Origin: the human T2T-CHM13v2.0 reference genome, Homo sapiens
Assembly: GCF_009914755.1 (NCBI RefSeq)
Contig: NC_060940.1
DNA length: 64,000 nucleotides
Reading direction: 5' to 3' (one strand)
Made by a program: the position numbers and the translations under genes. How positions within the stretch are numbered: the first letter of the stretch is position 1; each line of letters starts with the position of its first letter. This document shows positions 11,851 to 24,240 of the stretch, piece by piece. The notes beneath the pieces were generated by a model. The model saw only the letters and a list, made by a program, of their open reading frames with translations. It searched no databases and was not told where the DNA came from.

Positions 11851-14339
11851 TAAAAAGCTGTCATGTCATGCCCTGGCTCCTTCAAAGATTGTAATGTTAA
11901 AATGAGATAGTAGGTAGTTATGTGCTTTGTAAACTGTGAAGTGCTATAAATGTTATTAAGATAAGGCAAATCTAAACTACACTTTAAAAACTTTAAAAAT
12001 ATATTCATTTATTTAAAAGCTCTATGGCTTTCATTTAGGATCCATATTTGATTTTCCCAAGAAGATGAAGAAATTAGGTAGTAGGAGTCTTTGCAAACTG
12101 CTTTTCGGTGCATTGAAATGCAAAAAAAATAGCTCCAACTAGACCTATCTAATTTTTCCTCAGAGGAGAAGATCAATCAGCAAAGACAACATTTTGCTTT
12201 TCTCTCTCAGTCCTTCCCTCCCCTGAACAAATGCTTAATCTGAATAACAAACTAATAAAAAATAATTTGGAATCTGGGGCATGATTATGGCCACGAAAGA
12301 CGCTGATGATCACTTCATGTGATCAGAGAAAAACCTAAAATAGAGCACTCTTCAATTACCATAATTTCTACTGTCATTGCAATTTCTGTACATAAAAGCA
12401 TTTGGTCTGAAGCACAACAAATTTATCTGTAAATTACACAATAAAGGATGGGAAATGGACTTTCCTTTAAAAGAACAAACAGAATCAGTCATTTATGGGG
12501 ACATCTTCATCTCAGTCGACATGTGAATACAACAAAATGCACACTCCATTATTGTATAAAGTTGTGAAGCTCGTCACCCAACCCCACACCCACCCTCTCC
12601 CAAGTTTAATTAAACCAGTATCACACTGAGACTGGAAGGGAAACACAATGATACAACAACAAACAAACATTAATCATGATCATTACATACATTTTATTAC
12701 ATGAAATAAATAATACTGTGGAGCTTTCACCAACCGATAAAGCTCTTCCTCTTGGATAACATCCGAAGGCAATTGAGGGGTAAAATAATACTAATAATGA
12801 TAACAATAATTAGTATGAAAAGGAAAAAAAGGGTTTATCACCACACAAAGCAGAAACTATAGCCTCCTTCACTTATATTAATCTCATATTCGCTCATTTC
12901 TTCTGTTTAGGGTCTAATAAGGATTTCTTCTCATTGAGATAAATGAAAAATAGTTTCTTATTTATAGCCTGACTTTGGTGTACATAATTCAACTCTAATT
13001 GCCCTAGGGCAGGAAGAAACATGGAAGATTCTGTCAATATTCAATCCACACTTATGGGATTCTACCAGGAAATAGGAGAGGGGGTTTTGAATGCTCAGAC
13101 TACACGGGAACCAAAATGAAAGGGAGAGGGAAGGGTGTTTGGTGAGACTGAAGACAATGGTTTTTGTCCTTGCTGGAGAAAAGGCCAAGCCCCCAGTCTC
13201 ACTCTGTTCCAGGCATTTTCTGAACTAACTGAAGTTCTCCCTGGTTTGTCTCTGAATCAGGAATGAGCACCTTCTTTTGTTTTTCTTTCCAGAAAGAGGG
13301 CCTCCTGGCATTCTTTAGTATAAGGACCATGTTGAGAATTGCCACTAAGCATAGAACATGGCTGCCTAGCCCTATTGTCTCATCTCCATGTGAGGACAAG
13401 AAGAAATAGGTCCTCTCCTACAGAGAGGCCCAGTAAGGGCCACTTCACCAGCCAGACATGAATCCCACTCTACAGCCTCACTAATTGTCCAAACTTGATG
13501 TGTTTTTGTTATGTGCTGCCATGATAACATCTTAGGTAGTCTCTTTTAACCAACAAAGACACCCAATCTGCCCCAGCAGGCCTCATGATATAGAAATAGA
13601 TATATATTTAGGAAATAGCTTGTGTTCCTTCTCAAAGACTCCTGGACATGTAATTGCTCAGAAGGGTAATAGAAGATTCCATTTCAGTCTTCTCTGGGAA
13701 TTCCAGAGAACTGCCTCAGCCTATTTTGAAGAAAGAAGGGATGATTACATGAGGATCTACTTTTCACTTCTTTTGAAAAGTTTTCTCTGTTCCACAACCT
13801 AACTTCTGTTCTTGCTTGAATGAATCTGACTTTTTTAATGGCTTACAGTTCAGGAGGGGGCCCTGCCTCTAGGTTTAAAATGGTAGCTCTGGATCCATAG
13901 GCATGAATAGGTGGCCCTCTGGCCCCGGCACTGGGGCCTCTTGTGTGATCTTTTTGGAGCTTGTTGGTTTGGCTCCCAATCCAGTTAGGAAATAGAAGTA
14001 GATTCACATAGGGCATTGTCCTTCCTCAAGACAAGCTATCTCTCCCTCCTAGGCGGAGTCCTTGGTGGAAATGCTTGAGATCCGCTGTACACAGAGTGTG
14101 ATCAGGGCTCCCTTCTTCTGGCATCTCACACATCTGGCCCTTTCTCCTGAAGATTAATCAGAATGGGGCCAGTTATGAGGAGGCCATTAGGGTTCTTGCC
14201 CCTCCCCACCCTGACACTTTTGGACAAATAACGAGAGAAGGAATAGGTGAGCTGACACCCTCCACAGCCTCCTCCCTACCTTAGTCCCTCAGGGAACATC
14301 TCCTGCCCTCTGCCAATGAATTTCTAGGGCTGCCTCCAT

Positions 14340-14960
14340 CACAAATACTCTGATTAAAATGTAAATTTAGCCAACCTATCAGCTTCCCATTAAGGGGACT
14401 CTTTAAAAATGCCGTTAATCAGCTGAAAGATATGTAGTGAAATACCACTCATCAATTGTAACTGCTTATGACAGTTAACAAAGCTTTATATTTGCCCCAA
14501 ACATGTGCTGATCTATCCATTATGCCAAGGTTCACTCTCACGCTAATTGTACATTTTCTTCTCTAATGCATTTTTTGCTGTTATCTCATAGGCTAATGAA
14601 AGCCAGGAAATCAATAAATATAAATTATACATGCAAAGAAGGACTGCTGCGAACATAAAGTTTCTAATTAATTGCACTTGATTAATTTATATCCTTTAAT
14701 TATCTTGCTAAGCCACAAACAACATAAATATCTTTGCAATCTGGTTATTGCTATGTCAGTCATAAAAAAGCAGACACAGTAAATCTATGAAATCTAGCAA
14801 ACTGCATTGCCAGAAAACATGGAATGGCATGGCCCATAAATATTACTGGACTTACTCAAGGCACCTATGAATAATTTCAGTGTGACAAATTAACACTAAA
14901 TATGTTGTATGGTTATTTGACGAAGGTTATAGTGATGTGATAAGTTTAAATGGTGCATAT
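14340..14960. promoter_or_regulatory. Candidate developmental enhancer (conserved-non-coding-like block)
   Basis: Unique sequence with TGACAG 14469, ATCAATA 14610, TAATTAATT 14665, TGATTAAT 14679, GTCATAAAA 14759, CCATAAA 14834; conservation itself not testable here. Confidence 0.45.
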
Positions 14961-17900
14961 GGAGTAAGCAAAAATATAGATTTTACCATTGGGCTTATAA
15001 AAATCTGCTCAAGCTGGGGAGGAGTAATGTAGGTAAGGACCCACATGCAACTAACCTGTGTAGTTTTGCAAATGGAAGTATTCTTTGCTGGCCAAGTTGA
15101 AAAACAAATTGTTAATTGTATTGTTTCTTAGTTTCCCTTAGATAAGTTCGATCAATAAAGAATCCATTTCTTCTGCAAAGGCAAAACTAAAATGCGTATT
15201 TGAAGAAGAAATTTAAATCCAGGAACTGAGTACCAGGTTGGGAAGAAAGCTAGACGTTGCATGCTGCTGTTGTCTTAGAAGATGCAACTTTTACATGGAA
15301 AGTGGTTTCTTTTCACCCACTACCCCCCTCTTTTAATTTTATCTGACTCTGCTAAGCCAGCCATCTGTCACTGATCTGAAATTTAATCCTCTCTGTCCAC
15401 CAAGCTTTGCTCTTTGTCCTAGGCCACAGCATATTACCAGCATCTATATCTACAACTTTCATAAATGTGTAAAAAGAAACTGTATCTGTCCTCAGCTACA
15501 TTCAGACAAAGACCATCTGTCAGCAACTGCAGCCATTCTTTAAAAAAGAAAGCATCCAAAGGGATTTGCCCTTTACCAAATAAACCCACTTAACCCTTCC
15601 AATAAGATTAACTGTTATTTGTTTCCATTAAATAAAAATGACCATACTAATATACATTTAATAGTTCTGTAACAGTTGCAGAAAGATCAGCTCTCATGTG
15701 GATATCTTTTGTAGATAAAACATACATGCGTATAAATAAAGGAATTATGACAGCAACTAGATAACCTATGAGGCAGAGGGATGTTTTCACTTCCTTCCTC
15801 CAGTGTGGGGCTATGAAAGAGAAGCCAACATAAAATATAGAAGCCAGCGAGTATCATACTCTCCTGTTCTTCATTTTTACAGTAAATAGCACTCTAGATA
15901 TAATAAATGGCTGAATACACACAATTATTAAGATTCAGAGTCTGTCCTGTGACTTCTGCCCTCTTATCACTGTACATTCTTGGAGACAGTTTTATAGCTT
16001 TTAGGCTACCCATTTCTAAAGTCTGTGTATGTATGGTATACAAATATACCCTCACTGAGTAGCACTGTAATTATGGGAAATCTGCTGGTGGATGGGGAAG
16101 AAATACTGTTTAGTGATGCTAATGTAGAACTACAGTTAACATTTTGGGAGTTTTGTCTCCTATTTTCATCTTAAAGATGGCCAAAGTTGTTTGGTTTAGC
16201 ATTTCAAAAGCAAAATAAATAATGCATTTGCTTCAGTGGAAAAAAACCCAGGCAAATTTTCCAAACGCTTATCTATTCTCTAGATGTTTATGGACATATT
16301 ACTCCAGTTTTTAATGCCACATACTCAAACTAGCAATACTCAAACTAGGAAGGCCAAGTTCTGCCCACAGGGTAGCTGAAGTGCACATTTCAACTCAGAG
16401 TTCATTTGCCACCAGATCCTGATAGCCATCGTGATACTTTCAAGTGCCCAGGATTTTCTGTTTTTTCACTTAGAAACGTGATTACTTGACCGGGGCAGGT
16501 ATATTGTAGGTAACTGGGGTAGGGTGGGCACACGAACCACTGGACAGGAAGCAGGACACAGAGAAGACGCTTCCTGCCCTGGTCTGGAACTCCTCAACTG
16601 CCAATCTTTGCTGAGGATCAAGACACATTTGTTTCTGGAAGGTGCTGGGGGATTAGAAGGGGTGAGTGGGAAACTACCAGGCAGATGAAATGACTTTGTT
16701 TCTTTCTCCCCCCTTGAGCTTCTAGGTTTTCTCCCTTAAAACATTTTATGAAGTTGTGACTATTCAGTTTCAAGGGAAAACCCAATCAAAAGATTCCCCA
16801 ATCTAAACATATACATTTGGCATTTGGTGAGCCACGTCTGCTTTTCTCCTCTCCTTGAGAGTGACCGTAACTCCCTATGGCCGTTTTGCTTTTCTCAAAT
16901 GCTCAGGTGGATGCTGCAGCCCCGCTCCCCCAGCCTACTCTTAGCTTGTCTGAGACCTCTGCAGTGAGAGGTGAGCGCCTCAGCCCCAGGGGTCCCCTTC
17001 TACTGGGGGCCTCGGCTCCAGGATCCAGACTTTCAGCTTCATACCCAGCAGGTAGCTAGGCTGCCTGCTGCGCCTCGTGTCTCAGGAGGGAAGTGTTCTG
17101 TGTTGTGTTTGATGTGGGTGTCGCAGTCACTAAGGAGACAGGTAAATTTCCCAGTGCTGGAATCAGATTGGTGAGGAAGACCTGCTCCTGAGGCAACTGG
17201 TCTGCCTCCCGGCTTCTTTCTCCAAGGTAATGAAAAAGCCAAGCTGGGAAGGCAGGCTGGTGACAAGTATGGTCCCTGCGCATTCCTCGGGCTGACGGTA
17301 GGAAAAATACCAATGCGTCCAGCAGGGAGGAAGTATGTATCTCCCACTGGAGTTCACTGGATTTGTCATTTTCGGTTTAATGCACCTAGGTAGCAAGCCG
17401 ACTCACTAGGTTTGACTGCAATTACCTTATCTTTCCTATTTTTAGTGACAGGACCAGATTATTTTAAGTGCATTTTATAGAAAACCCTTCTTTACTGAAG
17501 TATAAAGACTGTAATAAAGACAATACAATGTTTTGAAACTGTTTTAAATCCTTCACTCAGCGTTGCTTCTACAGATTTAACATGTAGGGGTTCTAATCTT
17601 ACCGCTACTAATTAGAGCTTTAGTGTAATTGTGCCAACAGGGTGCTTGGCATAATAATTACTATTGAGAGATTCTGGTGGCGCAGTAACATGCCTACATA
17701 ATGCAGATATGTCTAGGATTACAGTGCAGTCACCTTTGTATGTTGACTCAAGTTGGATTTTAACCAAGTAAGGGGTTATTTTGCCTTTATAATAAAGCTT
17801 AAAAGGCATATACATATGTATGATTTAGGTATCCATTTTTCCTCTTTGAGTCTTTTGAATATTAATTAGCAGGAACCCCAGAAGGCAACAGGGACACATT

Positions 17901-20900
17901 TTGTTTCAAATATCTCACAATCTGGGGCAATTCACTCTGTAAGTGGGATTGTCCAGGCCTGTGTGGCAAAGAGTCTATTTTGATGCAACGGTGCACTGCT
18001 CCTAGATCACTCCCAGGGTGAGGGTGGAATCCTGCCTTGTGACAAGCAGGGTAAAGAAATGGGGACTCTGGGGCCAGCCAGGAGCTGGATTTGTTTAGGA
18101 TGTGTTTCTTGTTTCCAAGAGGAATCTATAAAAACAGTTTCTCAGTAATTCTCTAGCACTTACATCTTAGAAAATGTCAGGCTAGTTTGGGGAAATCTAA
18201 ATCTACCCCAGACTAGGTAGTTTCAATGATCATTATCCCTATTCTCTGTTGTTTGCTATAAAGCGGAGATCTAAAAAGACTTGTCCAGGTGGTACACGTA
18301 GGAGGTATGTGGAGTGTGGATGTGTGTTTGCCTATGGGGGACACGTGATCATATATACTAGTCCTTCTTCGCCAGGGACAGACCTCAAAATTGGGCAGGT
18401 GGCCTTGATGCTTCCTCCAGATTTATCAGGCCACTAGCAAGGGCCACGTTGGTTGGTTTCACTTTGAGTCATGTCAGCTCTAGGGAGGCTCCTTGCCCCC
18501 TGTGGGGGCTTCCTGCCGCTGATATGCTGGGCACAGAAGTGAGCAGATACTCCATGGACTGGTACCGATACATTGTAATGCACACACACAGGACTGCTGT
18601 TTTGTGTGCATGTGTATTTTTTGTGTGTGTGGTTTTTATTTTTGGCATATGTGAAAGAGTTTCTGCAAAACTGATTTCACAGAGCAATAAGTCACCTAAG
18701 AGGGTGTCACCAGCCATTTAAAGTGCACTACTGAGGTTTTTAACGTAATAAATATATTCGAAAGGTAGTGTGTCACGGCCCGGAGCCTGGACTCTAGCTC
18801 CATTTAGCTCCGACAGCCTTGTTTTTACTGCCCCTTAGCGCCTCACTTTTAAAGTGACAGGAAACTAATTTCTGATTACAAATCAATGGGTTAGGGTGTC
18901 ACCTCCGGACAGTGAATTTAGCTGTAAATCCAAGGAGTCACTCATGAGCCTAGGAAATTGGGGGTCAACACAGAAAGGCAATTGCTTTATACAATGAAAA
19001 TGGAAATACATTTGCGAATACAGCTCTTCAGAACTCGGTCTCTGGGGAAGGCCCAGGTAGCTCCAGCCTGCCACTCAGTCCCTCCTAACAGGCCCAGGGC
19101 CCAGCAGGATGGGTTTTCCAAGTGCCTCCAATGTGGCCGCAAAATTTCATTTTGCTGTAGAGGCAGCAGACTTTCCCCAGGCTGAGGCCTGAGTGAGGTC
19201 TCTTTCTCCCCGGACTACGCCGCGCCTTGGCCACATCATGTTAACCAAAACTATCTATGCTCCTGTCATGTAAGATACCTTTTGATGAGGCCCCTTTTTT
19301 CTTTAAGCTTTTAAGATAATCTTAGAGAAATCATCAAGCTATAAAAAGAAATCAATGAAAACAGAAAAGGTTCCCATCACCCCGAAAAAAATCCATAACT
19401 TTTGCATTTTAATAGAGACGCTACAGGACCAGACCCGTCATTTTCTTTCTGATGTGTTCCTTTGATTTCCCGCGCATCTCACAGGGCTCTTGACTTTCTT
19501 GAGAAAGGGATTATTGAATTGTGTGTCTCCCTCAGATGTACTTGATCACTCAAGTATCTGTACTTAAGAATGTTAGAGTCTGTTCAGCTGTTGCCTCTTT
19601 GGGAGCTCATCGGGGCTTGTCATCTTAATATTAATTGGGTTTTGTGCAGGAATCTCAAGTCCCACATTGAGTGGCTTTCAAGAGAGAAGATTATGCCTAA
19701 AGCCAGATACAAAGACAAACATATTTAGCACAACAATTATGATAATTGCAGAAACATTCTGTCATGAAATAAGCAAATCTGATTAAGAGCCCTTCTACAT
19801 TAACAAATATTAATCTGATGTCTTCGGTCTAACCTGGTTTGAACATAAGAGGCTTCTTATGGTTTTATGTATTAACAGATTTGTAGAAGCTGAACATATA
19901 GAGCCTAATAGTATGAGACAGCCAAGCCAGGATAGTAAAAGGATCTTTGCTGAATGTAATCCACTTAAATTTAAAATAGACACAGATAGGATCATAAACC
20001 TCAAATCAAAATTAAAATGCACCCTGCCAGTGAGACTTTTCCTATCATTCCAACCACATGGTAATTCAGAAACATATCATGGAAAGCATTATTAGTGGTC
20101 TTTTTTGTTAGAAAAAAAAATGAGGTCAATATCTTTATGGTAAGTCATCACAATAAAACGGACAGTCACTTGAAACTTTCCAGACATTCAACCTGGTTGG
20201 ATATTGGAAGCAGTGATATTCTTGCCAAGCCAGAGAGTTAATTTTATTTGTAATTTTCAGCTGCTTTCAGTTTAATTGCACAATTTCCTTAATTATTAAA
20301 GTTCATTCTGCATACTTAAGTTCATTAGCTATTGTCAAATGGGCAAATTACTTTGCAATTTTAATATTTGTTGGACAAAGCTGTGTTAATAGATTCACCT
20401 CTCCAAACACAGTTTTCTGTTTTTGTTACAGTATCCATCAATAATTGTAACCCTCCAAATCAGGAGGCAGAAACTGTATCATTTTTTCCTCTTTTTATGA
20501 ATATCTCTTAAATGTTAGTGATTTTAAGCACACAGGTAGGCTTTTTTGTTTGTTTACTTGGGAAGGAGGGAAACTGGGGAAAGCAGCAGCTCTAATGACA
20601 GGCTTTGAGTCTTGCATAAATACATATGAAAACGTATATATGATAGTGAAACTTCTCAATATGTGTATGCAATTTGCATATGTCTGATACAGTCATATGC
20701 ACATAATATAAACCTATAAAAACACAACATGGACTTGTGAATAATCAATAAATCAAATTTTCAATCAGGTTTTTGAGTCATTAGGCTATGTATGGTATGA
20801 TACTATACGTTATACGATGTATATATACCTATGTGTGTATTTCTGTAAGTACATATTTATGTATATTTTAATTTTTCCGGTGATACATTCCATGGTATAT

Positions 20901-20926
20901 GTGACTGCTGGCATCAGAAAGGCAAT

Positions 20927-20986
20927 CTCTCTCTCTTCCTCTCTCTCTCTCTCGCACACACACACACACACACACACTCACACACA
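20927..20986. repeat. (CT)n(CA)n compound microsatellite
   Basis: Direct reading. Confidence 0.9.
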
Positions 20987-23900
20987 TTCAACATGGAGCT
21001 ATTTAATGCTTGTGTCTGTAGACTATATTTAAATACACATCCATGCTCTTGTAACAAAAATGTCACTTTCTATTTGGCCCCTTGCAGTTATGACACACCT
21101 TTGCCCCCATTATCTCATTTGACTCATGAATATACACTTGTTTCCTCCTGTAGATGCAGTTTACCACCCCATCTTCCAGGGAAAGTGATTCCTGAAATGT
21201 ATCAGCACCTCTAACGTGAAAACAAATGCAGCCCAATCTGCTGCTGTCTGTGTCTGCCCTTGTGCTCACAGACCCACTCCAAAATGTCTGGGTGCAGATA
21301 GGTCCAGACCTGGAGGACAGAATCCCTGCCAGCATGGCTTATCTCCCCAGTAATTAGGCTTGTGTTTCTGCTTTATTAACTCCAATACAACAGCACCCTG
21401 CCCTCTGTCACCAGGGGGACTAATAGATGATAGTCGGCTCTGATTTGGAAACCATACAAATTAAATGACGAAGTGAGAGGAAGTGAAGTTGAGGCAAATT
21501 GTGTCAAGATAAGGCGGTCAGTCATTTACATAGGAGTTTTTCAAATGTTAAGCAGGGAGCTTTTGATTTTACATCTGCAGATGCAAAACTGCTAAAATAA
21601 ATAAGCCCAGTTTCCTTGCTGTGTTTGTTAAACCTCAACAATATGTGAATTCTTAAATGATGTTAGGAATAATTGATTGTGGATGTTTATAACCAGGGTA
21701 ACTTTTCTTCTCCTGAAGTCCCCACATTTTATTGCTTTTCCTGAGAAAGATTTTCTTCTATTAAACATAGATGTGAATCCATGTGTTTATTTTCCCAGGA
21801 GCATTGCAACAGGTCTCCATCTTCATCACCTATAGGGCAGATTTGCTTTTACATTTTTAAAACTCATGTCCTACCTCTCTAGGAGAAGCAATCAAACATC
21901 TTCTGGAAGATTAAAATTACCCACGGAAAGAAAATAAAATTGAATGATGGAAAGAAAAGAAAAAGAGGCTGTCCAGCAAAGCTGATTTCCATCAGTCAGC
22001 TGCGGGAGCTGTAACAATTTGTTTAGCAATATGATTTAACAAGAAGCATTAGCTCCGGGTATGTAGCTGCCGGGTTTTGAGAAGGCTGATGAGATGTGAT
22101 TATCTCCATGCAGAAATATCAGGGTGGTTAAAAGATAATTTGAAATGAGGTTAAAAATGAAGCGACACTAAGCTTCTCTCACTTGTGTCAAAACAATCCC
22201 ATCTTTTCTTTTCTTTTCTTTTTTTCCCCTTTCACTTTGATGACATTTGCTCATATTGGAGGTGGAGACATTTCTCATAGCAAACTGTAATCCTTGACTA
22301 ATTTTAAATTTAATGTGGCTCTGTTTGAAAGACAGCTCTAAATTTTGATCCAAAATCAACTTCTGGATATTACAGAAAGAATTTGCAGTGTTTGTAATAT
22401 TTGGTGAGCCTTAAAAGTTGCTATTTTTCACACAACTAAAGTTTCATTTCACTACGTTAACTATATTCACGGTATAAACAGCATATGTTGATATGATAAA
22501 TGACATTTGGTTAGAAAATGTCTTTGAACTTTAGCTTAAAAAATGAAAACAGGTAAAAAGAAAAAACAGAATCAAATGTTAAAAACCATATGTTAGTAAA
22601 TGAATATTCTCTTTCAGATTATTTAATGACCTTAAATATAATTACTGCTCCAAATGAGAAAGTTTCAAAGCCTGAGAATATTGCTTACTTTGAAAAAATG
22701 TATTTTAGTATTAGATATATGTATTCATCATCTAAGAAAAAGAAATCCACATAGCGATATTTACAAAATAAAGCAGTAACATAGGTGAGGAAAGTTAAAT
22801 ATTATCTCTATGTACATTAAGAGAAACAGGAATTGAGTCGCTTGCTGAAAACTTCTAAAAAGTCCATGACAAGACTTCAGATCTTGTTCTTTTGTGTAAA
22901 AGATGCTCGGGCCATTCTGCCAGTTTTAAAAGATTAATGAACATTTAAGAAAAAGAAGCCCAAAGTTACCGTGTACACACACAACAGAACAGCTGTGTAC
23001 TCACTCTTTAGGGCTGTGACTCACAGTTCAATCTGAGCAAGAAATGCTTGGAAATTCTAAAACGCGACATTCACCTCCATGTGGAAGGAAAGGCCTCAAT
23101 GTTCCCCTCCATCCCTGCTTAATCAATCAGTTGTGAATCAATTCTGCAGTGACTAATCGCCCCCAAACCCCCTTGCTCCACCATCTCTCCCTAGTCTGCG
23201 GTGCTAGAGATGTTTACGCTGATACGAGGAGATGACAATTAGTCATATTTATCCGTGCTGGGTCCATTTAATCCCCAGTGTTTTTACTCATGTCAAATCC
23301 ATTATCCCAAACAAAGCTTCATACATCTTGTCGGAGATGCACACAGACTTGCCTTGTTTACTTTGAGAAGACAGATTTTTATGGCAACATTAAATACATA
23401 CTGAACCCTAACTAATGGAGCCACTTGGCATGGTGAAGCAATTGCACTGGCAATTCCTATCACCCTTAACCCATTGTTGTTTAACTGGGTTCTGAAAACC
23501 CAGGGACTTCTGGCTGTGCCTTGGGTGTTCCGCGCATATCCTAAATTTTCTCCACGATTCTACATTCATGATCATTGCACCTCAGTGTTTCCAGCAATCA
23601 CATAATGCAACCCCCTTCCCCCCAGTAGCCAGAGACACTTTTTCCCGAATGCCTTGAATCTCCTCCTGGCCGCTCTCATGCGTAATTTTTGAGCCTAATA
23701 AAGGAACACCTCCCTCCCCGTTTGTTTATTTAGAAAGACAAAATGTTAGGTGCTCTGTTTACTTACATTTCTCAGCACTTCTTTGTCTTCCAAACCATTT
23801 TAGCTCTTAATATGGAAGTTTTATTAGTTATTTTATCAGAAAATGAAGACCTTTGCTAGTTGACATGAACACTTAGGATGAGGCTGAGTGCTTGGAAACC

Positions 23901-24060
23901 CCTGATTTCACCAGGAAAAAAAAAAAAAAAGTAATATGTGGCATATGTTAACATCTAGGCCTGAAAACACAGCCAGTAAGAGTGGCGCACACTAAAGGAA
24001 ATCACTACTTAATTCCACAAACATTTGTTTCAGTCCAGGAATGGCACTAGAAACTTTGAG

Positions 24061-24240
24061 CCGTCTGTCTCCTTCCCTGAGCCGGTCGGGCACACGAGGG
24101 TCCATAACGTGCGGCGCAGCGCCATCTGCTGGCAGGCCGCTTCTGGCCGCCCCAACAGCCGGCAGCCGCGGATGGCTCTGAAATCCACACGGGTTGGTGC
24201 CTCCACCTTCGTCCCCCGGGGCTTCTCGCTGCTGGGGAGT
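24061..24240. promoter_or_regulatory. Small CpG-rich cluster
   Basis: About 17 CpG in 180 bp (hand count) in an otherwise CpG-depleted window; not a recognisable repeat. Confidence 0.65.
24117..24135 (-). promoter_or_regulatory. CTCF binding motif
   Basis: Reverse strand reads CTGCCAGCAGATGGCGCTG, a full match to CCASYAGRKGGCRS, within the CpG cluster. Confidence 0.75.

Noticed and set aside
18826-18842. CTCF-like GGCGCTAAGGGGCAGTA (minus strand)
   Set aside because: Two mismatches at high-information core positions.
23971-23991. Second CTCF site CCAGTAAGAGTGGCGC
   Set aside because: Needs a 2-base gap to fit the core, so the spacing is wrong.
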